From Candidatus Micrarchaeia archaeon (GTDB taxonomy: Archaea > Micrarchaeota > Micrarchaeia > Anstonellales > J096), in NCBI GenBank assembly GCA_041500865.1, contig JBGQMY010000004.1:10079-74078 (forward strand): 64,000 nt of DNA, in the 5' to 3' direction. Of this stretch, positions 46,735 through 56,859 are shown piece by piece. The number at the start of each line of letters is the position of its first letter. Position 1 is the stretch's first letter. A model generated the notes under the pieces. It saw only the letters and a program-made list of their open reading frames with translations, was not told the DNA's origin and did no database searches. The position numbers were made by a program, and so were the translations under genes.

Positions 46735-47606
46735 GGTTTAAGGCGATGGAAGAGGGAGAAGGGAAATTCATATACAGCCTTTCCGAGCTGAAGGACAAGG
46801 CGCCGAAGTTCTTCGGGGTTAAGACCGGCACAAAGCTGGACAACATGTTCTACATTACAGAATACGATGAAATATCAAAAAGGCCGGTGAAGAAGATACT
46901 GGGCGGCATACCCTACCTGTCAGTGATGAACGTGGTAGGGATACCGGATACGGGCAAGAGCGTGTTTGTGGAGCAGTTCGCCATAATGCAAGCCTCGCTT
47001 GGCTACAAGGTGCTTCTTGTGACTACGGAAAACCCATCCAACTTCTTATACAAGAGTTTGCTTTCGCGCTCATACGCCATGGGCATAAACTTTGACGAGA
47101 TAACTGACAACTTCCTGGTCATAGACGCGACAAGGGAGGACGCGCTCAGGAACAACACAAAGAGGCTCCTCGGGCTGATGAACTACGCCATGGAAAAGAA
47201 GAAGAGCACCATAACGATAATAGACTCCATAACGGGACTTTACGAGCACAAGGAGCTGGAGGCGAGGCAGATAGTGAGGCAGGTGTTCAATTTTCTTAAG
47301 GAAAGGAAACAGACCGCAGTCTTCGTTTCACAGAAAAGGTCGTCGCAGGACTCCCAGAGTTCGGAAGCTGCAGGCGGGCTTGGCGTGGCGCACATAGTCG
47401 ACGGGACCATAGTCATGGACAAGAAGGTGCTGCAGACGAAGTATGAGGAGATGTTCTACAACATACCGGTCGGCTCGCTTTTGAGGACGATAAGGATAGA
47501 CGGCTGCAGGGTCGCCGGCCATGACACGGAGACGTACCTGATGGACATAACGGATTTGGGCATTGTGGAGGTCAAGGAAAGGCTTTCCACGTCAGTCAAA
47601 AGATAG
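46731..47606 (+). CDS. KaiC-like RecA-superfamily ATPase (single domain)
   Basis: GIPDTGKS, IIDSITG, HIVDGTI, IRIDGCR. Confidence 0.88.
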   Translation: MRFKAMEEGEGKFIYSLSELKDKAPKFFGVKTGTKLDNMFYITEYDEISKRPVKKILGGIPYLSVMNVVGIPDTGKSVFVEQFAIMQASLGYKVLLVTTENPSNFLYKSLLSRSYAMGINFDEITDNFLVIDATREDALRNNTKRLLGLMNYAMEKKKSTITIIDSITGLYEHKELEARQIVRQVFNFLKERKQTAVFVSQKRSSQDSQSSEAAGGLGVAHIVDGTIVMDKKVLQTKYEEMFYNIPVGSLLRTIRIDGCRVAGHDTETYLMDITDLGIVEVKERLSTSVKR

Positions 47607-48020
47607 TTATACCCTTTTTCTCAGGAAAAGGAACCAAAGCAGGAACAGCATGGCTACGACGAATATGACCATGCCGGACGATATCAGCTGTATGCCGTAT
47701 TCAATGCCTATGCGGGGGAAGTCCCATATGCTGTACATCTCCCTTATGTTGTCCTTGCATGGGTAAAGCAGCTGCTGCGACGCCAAAGGATTCAGCCAGG
47801 CGCAGAGGTTCCTGGAAGGCGAATAAAGCAGTATCTTGTCTGCAGGCGTCACATAATTCGGGTCCATTTTTACGTATGTGCCGTTGGCCGACTGCACGTA
47901 ATATTCAACGTCCTGCAGGGCCTGCATGCTGGAAGCGTCGTAGGCCTGGTACTGCTGCGGCATCGTCTGCGCAAAGCATAGCGAAAGCAGCGCAAGAACC
48001 AAAAAAACTATGCTTCTCAT
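47607..48020 (-). CDS. Hypothetical membrane protein
   Basis: Signal peptide plus C-terminal TM and RKRV. Confidence 0.7.
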   Translation of the reverse strand: MRSIVFLVLALLSLCFAQTMPQQYQAYDASSMQALQDVEYYVQSANGTYVKMDPNYVTPADKILLYSPSRNLCAWLNPLASQQLLYPCKDNIREMYSIWDFPRIGIEYGIQLISSGMVIFVVAMLFLLWFLFLRKRV

Positions 48021-48026
48021 GGCATT

Positions 48027-48407
48027 TCACTTCCTTATCCTCTTCATTGCCTCCTTTATCGCGGCTATGGGCAGTTCCGCGCACCCCTTCATCTGGAAGT
48101 TGGACGTTACGTCAACGCCCATCAGCTTGTTAACGTAAGCCATGTCTATCTCCCCAAGATGGTTTATAGGCTTTCCGATTATGTCGCCCATGAGCATGGA
48201 TGACACGACCACGCCGACGAAGCAGGAAACGCGCTCGAACGAGGCGTCCTCGACCTTTCCGTCCCTTACCTTCAGGTATATCCTTATGTTGTCGGCGCAG
48301 CTGACATAGGATTCCGCGCTTATGACATCCGGCCCTTCCAGCTTGCCCATGTGCTTCTTCTCGTTGAATATGCCGATGTATTTGTCATAGATGTCGGAGT
48401 CTGCCAT
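48027..48407 (-). CDS. SufU/IscU-like Fe-S scaffold
   Basis: Three Cys (SCAD, SCF, GCAEL); adjacent to sufS. Confidence 0.85.
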   Translation of the reverse strand: MADSDIYDKYIGIFNEKKHMGKLEGPDVISAESYVSCADNIRIYLKVRDGKVEDASFERVSCFVGVVVSSMLMGDIIGKPINHLGEIDMAYVNKLMGVDVTSNFQMKGCAELPIAAIKEAMKRIRK

Positions 48408-48411
48408 GGCG

Positions 48412-49578
48412 TCACCTGAACCCTATGGCGCTGAGCGCATCCAGCAGCGCGTCAACGTCGCCCTTGTCATTGTAGACGTAGAAGCTGGCCCTTGCAGAGC
48501 CTGTTATGCCCAGCCTCTTGTGCAGCGGCATGGCGCAGTGGTGCCCGCCCCTTATGGCCACGTTTTTGGCGCTGAGGAAATACGCGACGTCGTTTGCGTG
48601 CATTCCGTCCACGTTGAACGCCACGACACCGGCCTTCTTTGAGACGTCCTTTGGCCCGTACTGCGTTATCTTCTTCATTTCGGACATCCTTTCAAGCAAG
48701 TATTTTGTGAGTTCCATCTCGTGTTTCCTTACTTTTTCCATGCCAATCCGTTTCAGGACCTCTATTGCCTTCGAAAGGCCAACCGTCTCAGCAATGGGCG
48801 GCGTTCCTGCCTCGTATTTGTAAGGTACGCCCGAGAACTCCGTGCCTTCCACCCCAACCGACTTTATCATGTCGCCTCCGAAAAGGAACGGCCTTGCCTT
48901 GTCAAGCGCCCCGTCCCTGATGTACAGCACGCCTATTCCGGTCGGCCCGAGCATCTTGTGGCCGGAGAACGCGGCAAAATCGCATCCCGCGTCCTTGACA
49001 TTGAATTCCGCATGCGGAACGGCCTGCGTTGCGTCTATGACTGAAATGGCATTGCTGTCCCTTATCTCCTTGCATGCCTTTTTCATGTCGTTCAGCGTGC
49101 CCAGCACGTTGCTGGCCGCGGAAAGCGCGTAAAGGCCGGCCTTCGGAAGGGGCCTGAAGAAGCCTTCGTCGTCAATGTCAACATAATGGATTTTCTTTTT
49201 CCTGTAGCCCGCGATTGTCTGCCAAGGCACGAAATTTGAGTGGTGCTCCATTACGGAAACCGCATAGGAATCCGGCTCCAAAACGTATGCCGCGAGGTTG
49301 AGGGCCTCTGTGGCGTTCTTGGTGAAGACAATCTCTTCCGGCTTTGCCCCGATTAGGGATGCGGCCGCCTTCCTTGCGTCCTCATAGGCGTTCGTGGCCC
49401 TTTCGCTTAATTTGTACATGCCCCTGTGGATGTTGGCATAGCTCGTTGAGTAGAAATCCGACATTGAGTCTATCACTTCCTTAGGCTTCTGGGTTGAGGC
49501 CGCTGAATCAAGGAAAATGAGCCCAGGATTGTTCCTGAATATCGGGAATTCCTCTTTCGGCATTAACGGTTTATCCAT
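48412..49578 (-). CDS. sufS: Cysteine desulfurase, SufS group
   Basis: LDSAASTQKP, ANIHRG, EHHSN, SGHKM, RGGHHCA, RASFY. Confidence 0.95.
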   Translation of the reverse strand: MDKPLMPKEEFPIFRNNPGLIFLDSAASTQKPKEVIDSMSDFYSTSYANIHRGMYKLSERATNAYEDARKAAASLIGAKPEEIVFTKNATEALNLAAYVLEPDSYAVSVMEHHSNFVPWQTIAGYRKKKIHYVDIDDEGFFRPLPKAGLYALSAASNVLGTLNDMKKACKEIRDSNAISVIDATQAVPHAEFNVKDAGCDFAAFSGHKMLGPTGIGVLYIRDGALDKARPFLFGGDMIKSVGVEGTEFSGVPYKYEAGTPPIAETVGLSKAIEVLKRIGMEKVRKHEMELTKYLLERMSEMKKITQYGPKDVSKKAGVVAFNVDGMHANDVAYFLSAKNVAIRGGHHCAMPLHKRLGITGSARASFYVYNDKGDVDALLDALSAIGFR

Positions 49579-49673
49579 ACGGAACGTTGGCAAAGGACAA
49601 TTTTTAAACCATTAAGTTCAATTATTGAACTTACCTGATCTGATTTTTAATATCTTTGGCGCATAACAAAGGC

Positions 49674-50309
49674 ATGCAGGAAAAGAGTAAACCCAAAGAG
49701 AATGCGCCAACAGGTAAATTGGCATCAAAAATGGACATCAAGCCAAGTGAGAAGCATATATTATCTAAACAAAGGCAGGATTGGCTCAATAATAAGCTTA
49801 TCGATGCCGCAAAACGGGGCTATGATGACAAGTTAATCCGGCTCATCAAAAAAGGCGCAAACGTCAACGCCAAGGACAATGACGAACTGACAGCGCTTAT
49901 GCATGCCGCAAGGGTCGGGAGCATAGAAACCTGCAAAATTCTCATTGAGCATAAAGCAAAAATTGATATGAGGAACAGGAATGGCGATACAGCGCTTATT
50001 CATGCTGCATTAAACGGAGAGACTGAAATCTGTGAACTCCTGCTTGAGCATAAAGCCAATATTGATGCAAAAGACACTGATGGCATAACAGTGCTTATGC
50101 ATGCCGCAAGGGGCGGGAGCATTGAAACCTGTAAATTCCTGCTTGAGCATAATGCCTATATTGGGGTAAAGTCCAAAGACGGAAAAACAGCATTCATGTG
50201 GGCTATATGGCATCAACACGAAGAAACAGCAAAATTCCTGAAGCTTTATTCTATAAAAAAGATTCTGGGCAAGGCATTTCTTTCCAGATTTGACGAATGC
50301 ATCGCCTAA
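49674..50309 (+). CDS. Ankyrin-repeat protein
   Basis: TALMHAA, GDTALIHAA; C-terminus FLSRFDECIA. Confidence 0.92.
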   Translation: MQEKSKPKENAPTGKLASKMDIKPSEKHILSKQRQDWLNNKLIDAAKRGYDDKLIRLIKKGANVNAKDNDELTALMHAARVGSIETCKILIEHKAKIDMRNRNGDTALIHAALNGETEICELLLEHKANIDAKDTDGITVLMHAARGGSIETCKFLLEHNAYIGVKSKDGKTAFMWAIWHQHEETAKFLKLYSIKKILGKAFLSRFDECIA

Positions 50310-50314
50310 TTGTT

Positions 50315-52444
50315 CTACCTGGCCCCGCCGCCTCCTCCGCCGTGGCCGCCGCCCCCGAAACCGCCGCCGCCAAACCCGCCATGGCCTCCGTGGGAAGGGG
50401 ACATCGCCATCGCATGGGAGTTTACGGCATAAAAGCCGATTGCGGCGAACCGCGTTGTCCGGTTAAGGGAAAGGTATGCGGAATCCGACATCTCCTTGCC
50501 GTATTGCCTCATCTGGGATATCGCCTTTTCTGCAACGCCGAGCGCGGTCGCGTACACAAGCCAGTTTTTCCACATCAGGATTTCCTCCTTGCCGTACTTC
50601 TGTATCATGCCGTAATTGGAAAGCAGGTTGGAGAATGCGTCCCATTTTTTCTTTTCTATTATCATTTCATGGGTGTATTTCCCGAAAAGGTATTCGCCGA
50701 ACGCTATAATCATTACAAGCAACGCAGAAAGGAAGACCATCAGGGGAAGCATCACGTCCCATGAGTATGCGGAGGCTGCGCCACCGAAAAGCCATATTGA
50801 AGCAAGCAGCGAGCCTGAAACGAACGCCTTTGCTGCGTCGTAGCCCTTCTGGTCAAATGCCGATTCTGCGAGCCTTTTTGCGCAAGTCCCGGTGTTTTTG
50901 GCATTTGGGTAGTCGGAAACCTTGCTGAAGTCAGATGCGAAAACTGCGGCAAGGGACCTGTTTGCAGTAAGGTTGGGCTTCACGGCCTGCGCATCAAATA
51001 CGCACTGGCCGTTCTGGCTTTTTGTGCCATATGAAGAAAGTAGGTTAACGACGTTGGTTTCATACTCGTCAAGGGCCTGGCCTTCCGGGACGCCATTGTA
51101 GATTATCTTGTTTTCGCTTTCTATCTTGATTATGCCCCTTGACTCAAGGTCCATCAGCGTTGCATAAAGCGCGTTGCTGTCCATCCTGTCAGGGGTCCCG
51201 ACAAACAAAAGGTTGACTTCCCACGGTTTCCGTTTCTCATTGGGTACGGTGTGCAGCGTGTCTATGTCAAAAGGCACAGCGTCCTCCTTGCCGAACCTTT
51301 CATACAATAGGAAAAGGGCTGCTATGAAGCCAATTGCGAGCAATGACAGGACTATTATCCTGTAGTCAAAAACCGCCTTGTCCAGCGAGGCCGCAAGCCT
51401 GGTCCTGTCAAAATCCGGCTTTATGGCGTAATTGACGTCCTTGTAGCTGGAAAGGTAGCCTGGATTGGAAAGAAGAGCCCTGACGCTGAACGGCACCTGC
51501 GGGCCCATTGCACCCATCTCAACCGAATTGCCGGATATGCTGCCATACGGATATGTAAACAGCTCCTGTATCGCGGATTTTGACGTGTTGTTGATAAACG
51601 TCACGCGCATCCTGTCCACATTCAGGCCGAAGGCATCTGATATGACGTAGTTCGGGTCAGCGAAATCGGTGCCTTTTTCATAAGGCCTTGATATGGAATA
51701 GGCAAACCTTACGTCGTAATCCCCGGCAGGTATGCCATTGTCGTCCCTGCATACGTATTCCACATAATCGCCATAGTCGTTCTGGATGAAACGGAAGCCG
51801 TAGGGGCATGACTCGGACTGGAGCGAGACTGCGGACTGGCTGTCCTTGTTTACAGATATGTAAAGCTCGTGGAATTGCCCGCCGCCTGACACGGCGTAAT
51901 GCAGCGTCCTGTCTATAATAATTGAGTCATCATAAAGGGAAACTGTCACGTCCTGGAATGATACCGAGACGCCCCCTGATACGGCGCCAATGGCCTGTTT
52001 CGCTAAGTATGTGCCGCCAAGGGCAAGCAGGACGACAATGACTATCACTGCAAAGACCTTTGCCTCGCTCGTTTCCCTGTTAAGGAAGGAGGAGTGGAGT
52101 TTTGACTGCATTATCCCTCCGATGAAAACGACCGCAAGGAATGCCCAATACTCCGGAGGGACTATGGCAATCAGCCCTGAAAAGAGCAGAACCATGAACA
52201 ATGCCGCTATGGCGCCTATTGCCCAGCCGATGATCTTGAGCGAAGACAGGTTGCAGTATGCGAAAAATCCGGCTGTTATGAAGGCCAGCTTGAGCAGGAC
52301 TGAGAAAAGGCCGTATGAGGAAAAAATGAAGTCAATGGCCAAGGAGGATACGGCAACGAAGCCTATGAACAAAACAAGGAGGATTGCCTCAAGAAGCCAG
52401 TTTGTCTCAGGCTTCAGGGGCAAAAAAACCACGTCTTCTGCCAT
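50315..52444 (-). CDS. DUF2207-type membrane protein
   Basis: ATLMDL..RG.I, W.AF, W..WLVYATALGV, Gly-rich C-terminus; downstream of lemA. Confidence 0.85.
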   Translation of the reverse strand: MAEDVVFLPLKPETNWLLEAILLVLFIGFVAVSSLAIDFIFSSYGLFSVLLKLAFITAGFFAYCNLSSLKIIGWAIGAIAALFMVLLFSGLIAIVPPEYWAFLAVVFIGGIMQSKLHSSFLNRETSEAKVFAVIVIVVLLALGGTYLAKQAIGAVSGGVSVSFQDVTVSLYDDSIIIDRTLHYAVSGGGQFHELYISVNKDSQSAVSLQSESCPYGFRFIQNDYGDYVEYVCRDDNGIPAGDYDVRFAYSISRPYEKGTDFADPNYVISDAFGLNVDRMRVTFINNTSKSAIQELFTYPYGSISGNSVEMGAMGPQVPFSVRALLSNPGYLSSYKDVNYAIKPDFDRTRLAASLDKAVFDYRIIVLSLLAIGFIAALFLLYERFGKEDAVPFDIDTLHTVPNEKRKPWEVNLLFVGTPDRMDSNALYATLMDLESRGIIKIESENKIIYNGVPEGQALDEYETNVVNLLSSYGTKSQNGQCVFDAQAVKPNLTANRSLAAVFASDFSKVSDYPNAKNTGTCAKRLAESAFDQKGYDAAKAFVSGSLLASIWLFGGAASAYSWDVMLPLMVFLSALLVMIIAFGEYLFGKYTHEMIIEKKKWDAFSNLLSNYGMIQKYGKEEILMWKNWLVYATALGVAEKAISQMRQYGKEMSDSAYLSLNRTTRFAAIGFYAVNSHAMAMSPSHGGHGGFGGGGFGGGGHGGGGGGAR

Positions 52445-52457
52445 GCAGGTCAGATGC

Positions 52458-53033
52458 CTATTCAAACACTGTCGTGTCCACCCTGCCCTTTATCTCGGCC
52501 TCAAACTCAAGATAGCCCCTTTTGGCAAAGCCGAGCACCATTGCGTAGATGTTGGTCGGGAACTGCTCTACCGTGATGTTGTACTTCTGGACCTGGTCGT
52601 TGTAGAGGTAGCGGATGCGCGCAATCTCGTCCTCTATGTCCTTTACGGAGTGCTGGAGCTCAATGACGGTTTCGTTCCCCTTTAACACCGGATAGTTCTC
52701 AACAGCAACGTTTATGGCCCCAAGGATGGATTTTGCGAAGGCGTCGGCCTGCTGCGCCTGCTCAGGCGTCGTGAACTTCATTGACCTGTACTTGGTTATC
52801 TGCTCAAACGTGGACTTTTCGAACTTCAGGTAGCTTTTTGCAGACTGCACCAGCTCGTACAGCATGTCAAACCTCTTTTTCATTGCCACGTTTATCTGGT
52901 TGAACGTGCCCTCTATGCCGTTTTTCATGGCAACCAGCCTGTTGTATATCGGTATCGCCGAAAGGACGACAAGGATGACAACGATAATCGCTACTGCAAC
53001 TATTGCAAGCAATGCCAGTGTAAATATGTCCAT
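52458..53033 (-). CDS. lemA: LemA family protein
   Basis: YNRLV, KRFD, FEK, ENYP.LK, YND.V..YN, FPTN. Confidence 0.93.
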   Translation of the reverse strand: MDIFTLALLAIVAVAIIVVILVVLSAIPIYNRLVAMKNGIEGTFNQINVAMKKRFDMLYELVQSAKSYLKFEKSTFEQITKYRSMKFTTPEQAQQADAFAKSILGAINVAVENYPVLKGNETVIELQHSVKDIEDEIARIRYLYNDQVQKYNITVEQFPTNIYAMVLGFAKRGYLEFEAEIKGRVDTTVFE

Positions 53034-53118
53034 GCGCGGATATTGCGTTGATGCATTTAAAAATCTAATGGCGATTGCGTGGAATGGCATTTTAAACTGT
53101 TTTTTGCATAATGGAGCT

Positions 53119-53718
53119 ATGCAGAAAAGTAAGCGGCTCCCAAGGAATGCACAGGCAAAGGAACCGATTAAGTTCAAGGCTAGCATCATGCCAAGCGGGA
53201 AGCTGGCATTATCGGCAGAAGAGCAGAGTAGACTCAACGATGAGCTTTTTGCCAACGCATTAAATGGTAACAATGCCAATGTGACGCGGTTCCTCAAAGC
53301 AGGCGCAGACATCAAAGCAAAGGGCAATGATGGCCAGACAGTCCTGCACTATGCCGCATGCTTTGGACACACGGACGTTTGCGCACTGCTTATACAGGAA
53401 TACGCAAAAGCCGACGGAGATGTAAAGCAGCTTATAACCGCAAAGGACACGGAAGGCCTGACAGTCCTGCATTATGCCGCAGCCAATATCGACACCAGAA
53501 CCTGCGCACTGCTGATAAAGGAATACGCAAAAGCAGGTGGGGATATAAAGGGAATAATCAAAGCAAAGAACAATGCAGGCGAGACAGCCCATGGTTTTGC
53601 CGTAACTTGGCAACACCCTCAAACCGCACGGTTCCTTCTCGAATCCGGGGTTCGTGCGCTCATCGGAAAGGAATGCGGGAAACTATTCGTCTCGTTGTTC
53701 AGGGAATGCATAGGCTAG
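53119..53718 (+). CDS. Ankyrin-repeat protein with 41-aa extended repeats
   Basis: TVLHYAA twice, EYAKA[DG]GD twice; C-terminus FVSLFRECIG. Confidence 0.92.
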   Translation: MQKSKRLPRNAQAKEPIKFKASIMPSGKLALSAEEQSRLNDELFANALNGNNANVTRFLKAGADIKAKGNDGQTVLHYAACFGHTDVCALLIQEYAKADGDVKQLITAKDTEGLTVLHYAAANIDTRTCALLIKEYAKAGGDIKGIIKAKNNAGETAHGFAVTWQHPQTARFLLESGVRALIGKECGKLFVSLFRECIG

Positions 53719-53769
53719 CGCCACAGCGGCACCTAAAGGGTTTTAAAGAGTTTGAAGGGATGCCAACAT

Positions 53770-54642
53770 ATGCCAAAGCTTATCGACAAGCTAATCTCAA
53801 TAGGGCGGCTTACGAGGTTCGAGCACGGCATAATGCTGTCAATCGCCGTTTTCATCGGGTTCCTGCTAATCGGGGTTTCTGACGTCTCGCTTTCGCTTTT
53901 CCTCAACACCATGCTGGTGCCTTTCCTGATAGAGATGGGCGTGTTCTCCCTAAACGACGTGCTGGACATTGAAACTGACAAAATAAACAACAGGACAGAC
54001 AGGCCCCTGGTCACCGGAAGCATAAGCGAGAAGGAGGCAAAAACCATATCCGGTGCCTGCCTTGTGCTTGGCATACTGGCCTCTTCTTTCATAAACAGCG
54101 AGGCCCTGCTGATAACCACGGTTTTCGCTGCATTCGGCATAATCTACAACTACAAAATGAAGGACATACCGCTGCTGGGCAACATGTTCATTGGCACGAC
54201 GATGGGCATACCGTTCGTGTTCGCAGAGGTCGCATTCAGCGGCGGAATCACGGCAAAGTCGATGTACCTGTTCTGCGTGGCCTTTGTCATAGGGTTCGCC
54301 CGCGAAATAGTGAAAAGCGTGGAGGACTACAAAGGAGACATGGCTGCAAGGGGCTCAAGGACGCTTCCGGTCCTCATCGGCCCGAAAAAGAGCATGATGC
54401 TGGCCGGCCTGATATTCATGCTGTTCGTCCCGATATCCTATTTCTTCCTGATAAGCGTGTTCCAGCAGATAAGGATGATTGCCCTCATACCGCTCACGTT
54501 CGCCTATCTTATAATAGTGTATGCGCTGCTGGAATGCCTTTTCTGCACAGGGGAGTGCAGGAGCGAGGCTGCCACAATAAAGAAGCTCACGCTATTTGCC
54601 ATGGCGATAGGCCTGCTGGCAATGATAATATCATACCTTTGA
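53770..54642 (+). CDS. UbiA-family prenyltransferase (DGGGP synthase-like)
   Basis: NDVLDIETDKIN..RPL, REIVKSVEDYKGD, TLP. Confidence 0.9.
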   Translation: MPKLIDKLISIGRLTRFEHGIMLSIAVFIGFLLIGVSDVSLSLFLNTMLVPFLIEMGVFSLNDVLDIETDKINNRTDRPLVTGSISEKEAKTISGACLVLGILASSFINSEALLITTVFAAFGIIYNYKMKDIPLLGNMFIGTTMGIPFVFAEVAFSGGITAKSMYLFCVAFVIGFAREIVKSVEDYKGDMAARGSRTLPVLIGPKKSMMLAGLIFMLFVPISYFFLISVFQQIRMIALIPLTFAYLIIVYALLECLFCTGECRSEAATIKKLTLFAMAIGLLAMIISYL

Positions 54643-55146
54643 GGCCTGCCCAAAAATCTTTAACATTGCATCGGGCTTCGCCTTTGCCGCGATGCCGTAG
54701 CCCAGGTCAAAAAGCGAAATCGTGAGCAGAGGGCGCCAGTCCCACAGCAACAGCGCTATGAACAGGCTTCCGATTATCATCGCAGGCCTGAATTCCCTTA
54801 TGAAGGGCAGCTCCGTCTCGTCAATGGCCGCGCCTATCGCAAGCACGGCTACCGTGACCGGGCTGAGCACGCTGAAGTCCCTGACAAGGAAAACCGTTAT
54901 GGCCAGCACGGCAACGTAAGCCAGCTGGAGCGAAAGCTTGTCTATCTTTCCCATCAGCGGAAGCGCAATGAGCAGGCTGATTGCAATCTCCGGGGAAACA
55001 GTTATTACTGCGAAAGCGCCGATTGAGATGAAGATGGCGTTGACAATGAAATACGCAATCTCCTTTTTGCTCCTTCCGAGCGCAAAGCCGTCCAGCATCT
55101 TTGACGACAGGCCTGAAAGGAACACCGCAACGAGGGTTGGCACCAT
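54631..55146 (-). CDS. Hypothetical polytopic membrane protein
   Basis: Multiple hydrophobic segments; GKID motif. Confidence 0.65.
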   Translation of the reverse strand: MVPTLVAVFLSGLSSKMLDGFALGRSKKEIAYFIVNAIFISIGAFAVITVSPEIAISLLIALPLMGKIDKLSLQLAYVAVLAITVFLVRDFSVLSPVTVAVLAIGAAIDETELPFIREFRPAMIIGSLFIALLLWDWRPLLTISLFDLGYGIAAKAKPDAMLKIFGQASKV

Positions 55147-55288
55147 GCATTGCGCTTGCGCTGCGGAGTTTTTAACATTATTTGTTTTATTTGTTTTCAA
55201 TGCTAGCTTCCAATGGTAATTATACGCGCGCGTAATGCAAACATTTAAATATAAGGTTCGCATAAAACAAAACCAGAAGTGAATTACG

Positions 55289-55336
55289 ATGGCAGCAAAA
55301 AAGAAGGCCAAGAAAAAAGGCAAAAAGAAGAGATAA
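55289..55336 (+). CDS. Putative 15-aa lysine-rich microprotein MAAKKKAKKKGKKKR
   Basis: TTTAAATA at ~55244, AAGTGA RBS-like sequence, oligo-T tract downstream; shares its last 9 aa with the 17500-17790 protein. Confidence 0.6.
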   Translation: MAAKKKAKKKGKKKR

Positions 55337-55462
55337 ATTCTGAATACAGAATCTTAATTTTATTTTTTTCAATGGAAACGCAGGGGCTCCCCATCTCGCT
55401 TTCCATTCCAATTGTGAAAGGTTTAAATAATTGCGCAGCCAACCTTATTCAGGTGTTTTTGA

Positions 55463-55567
55463 ATGTGTGATGAGAAAGGATGCGTATGCACGTGCGGAAC
55501 AATGAAGAGGAAGGCAAAGAAGCCTGCAAGGAAAAAGGCAGTTAAGAAAGCCAAGAGGAGGAAGTGA
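55463..55567 (+). CDS. Putative 34-aa Cys/Lys-rich microprotein MCDEKGCVCTCGTMKRKAKKPARKKAVKKAKRRK
   Basis: TTTAAATA at ~55422, AGGTG RBS at 55451, extreme K/R/A composition. Confidence 0.65.
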   Translation: MCDEKGCVCTCGTMKRKAKKPARKKAVKKAKRRK

Positions 55568-55599
55568 TTCCTCCAAGCTTATTTTTCGGGGCTGGCTGC

Positions 55600-56859
55600 G
55601 TGCTTCTTGTCAGGGGAGGGACCCTTGTAGACGGATTCAGTGTAATCAAGGCAGACATGCTCATAGAAAACGGGAAAATACGGAAAATCGGGAAGGGCAT
55701 AAAGGAAAAGGCGGAAAGGACAATAGACGCCTCGGGAAAGATAGTCATCCCGGGCCTTGTCAATGCGCACACCCACCTTCCAATGACAATGCTGAGGAAC
55801 TATGCCGAAGGCAAGCCGCTGGAAAGATGGCTTAAGGAAGACGTCTGGCCTGCGGAAGCCAAGATGACGGAAAATGACATGTGCCTGGGCGGATACATGG
55901 GCGTAGCCGAGTGCCTGCTTTCAGGCACGACGTGCGCAGCAGACATGTTTTTCTTCGGCTCGCATGCCGTAGGCGCTGCCGCTGATTCGCTTAACATGAG
56001 GCTCGTGCAGTTCATGGACATCATGGACAGCGGGAAGGAATCCGATTTCGGCAAATGCGGCGCGTTCATATCCAAAGTAAGGAAACACAAGATGTCCAAG
56101 CCGGGCATAGCGTGCCATAGCGTGTCCAGGTGCGGAAAGGAGCTGCTTGTGGAAGGCAAGGGGCTGGCGCGCAAGGAGAACCTTGCATTCCAGATGCACG
56201 TTGCGGAGACGCGCACGGAGCTGTTTGAATGCATAAAGGCGCACGGCAAGAGGCCCGTGGAATATGCGGAGTCATTGGGATTGCTTGACAGGCAGACGCT
56301 GCTGGCCCATGCCTCATGGGTCACAAAAAGGGAAATCGGCATCATCGCAAAGAGCGGGGCCGCGGTTGCGCACTGCCCAATCAGCAACCTCAAGCTTGCG
56401 ACAGGGGGCATAATGCCGCTGGAGCAGTACAGGGAAGCAGGGGCATGCATTGCGCTTGGCACTGACGGCGCGTCAAGCAACAACTCGCTTGACATGATTG
56501 AGACAATGAAGATGGCGGGGCTGCTGCAGAAGCACAGGTATTGGGACGCTGCTGCAGGAAACCCGAAGGACCTCTTAACGTATGCGACCTATGGGGGCGC
56601 CAAGGCGCTTGGCCTGGACGCAGGAAGGATAGCAGAAGGCTGCCTTGCAGACCTTGTCATACTGGACCCGATGGAGAACATGGTGCCGCTTGGGGACGTT
56701 TACACGGCAATAGCCTATTCCTGCTCAAGGAAGAACGTTGAAACGGTGATTGTTGGCGGAAAGGTAAGCGTTGAGAACGGAAAACTGCTTAATTTTGACG
56801 CCAAGACAAGGGAAAGGTTCCTTGAAAGGGCGGATGCCATCAGGTCCGGTTCATCCTAG
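55600..56859 (+). CDS. Amidohydrolase, MTA/SAH (5'-deoxyadenosine) deaminase-like
   Basis: PGLVNAHTH, MHVAET, AH, HCPISNLKL, LGTDG..SNN. Confidence 0.88.
   Translation: MLLVRGGTLVDGFSVIKADMLIENGKIRKIGKGIKEKAERTIDASGKIVIPGLVNAHTHLPMTMLRNYAEGKPLERWLKEDVWPAEAKMTENDMCLGGYMGVAECLLSGTTCAADMFFFGSHAVGAAADSLNMRLVQFMDIMDSGKESDFGKCGAFISKVRKHKMSKPGIACHSVSRCGKELLVEGKGLARKENLAFQMHVAETRTELFECIKAHGKRPVEYAESLGLLDRQTLLAHASWVTKREIGIIAKSGAAVAHCPISNLKLATGGIMPLEQYREAGACIALGTDGASSNNSLDMIETMKMAGLLQKHRYWDAAAGNPKDLLTYATYGGAKALGLDAGRIAEGCLADLVILDPMENMVPLGDVYTAIAYSCSRKNVETVIVGGKVSVENGKLLNFDAKTRERFLERADAIRSGSS

Noticed and set aside
46731..47606. Circadian clock gene
   Set aside because: Single-domain KaiC-like ATPases are common in archaea, and there is no kaiA or kaiB nearby.
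50320..50400. GC-rich CCG/GCC repeat
   Set aside because: It encodes the ordinary Gly-rich C-terminus of the DUF2207-type protein.
55279..55470. 63-aa ORF from the track
   Set aside because: Overlaps the better-supported microprotein frame and runs through T-tract and promoter sequence.
55289..55567. Microproteins as ribosomal eL41
   Set aside because: They lack the Arg-rich KW-containing eL41 pattern; composition is Lys/Ala-dominated.
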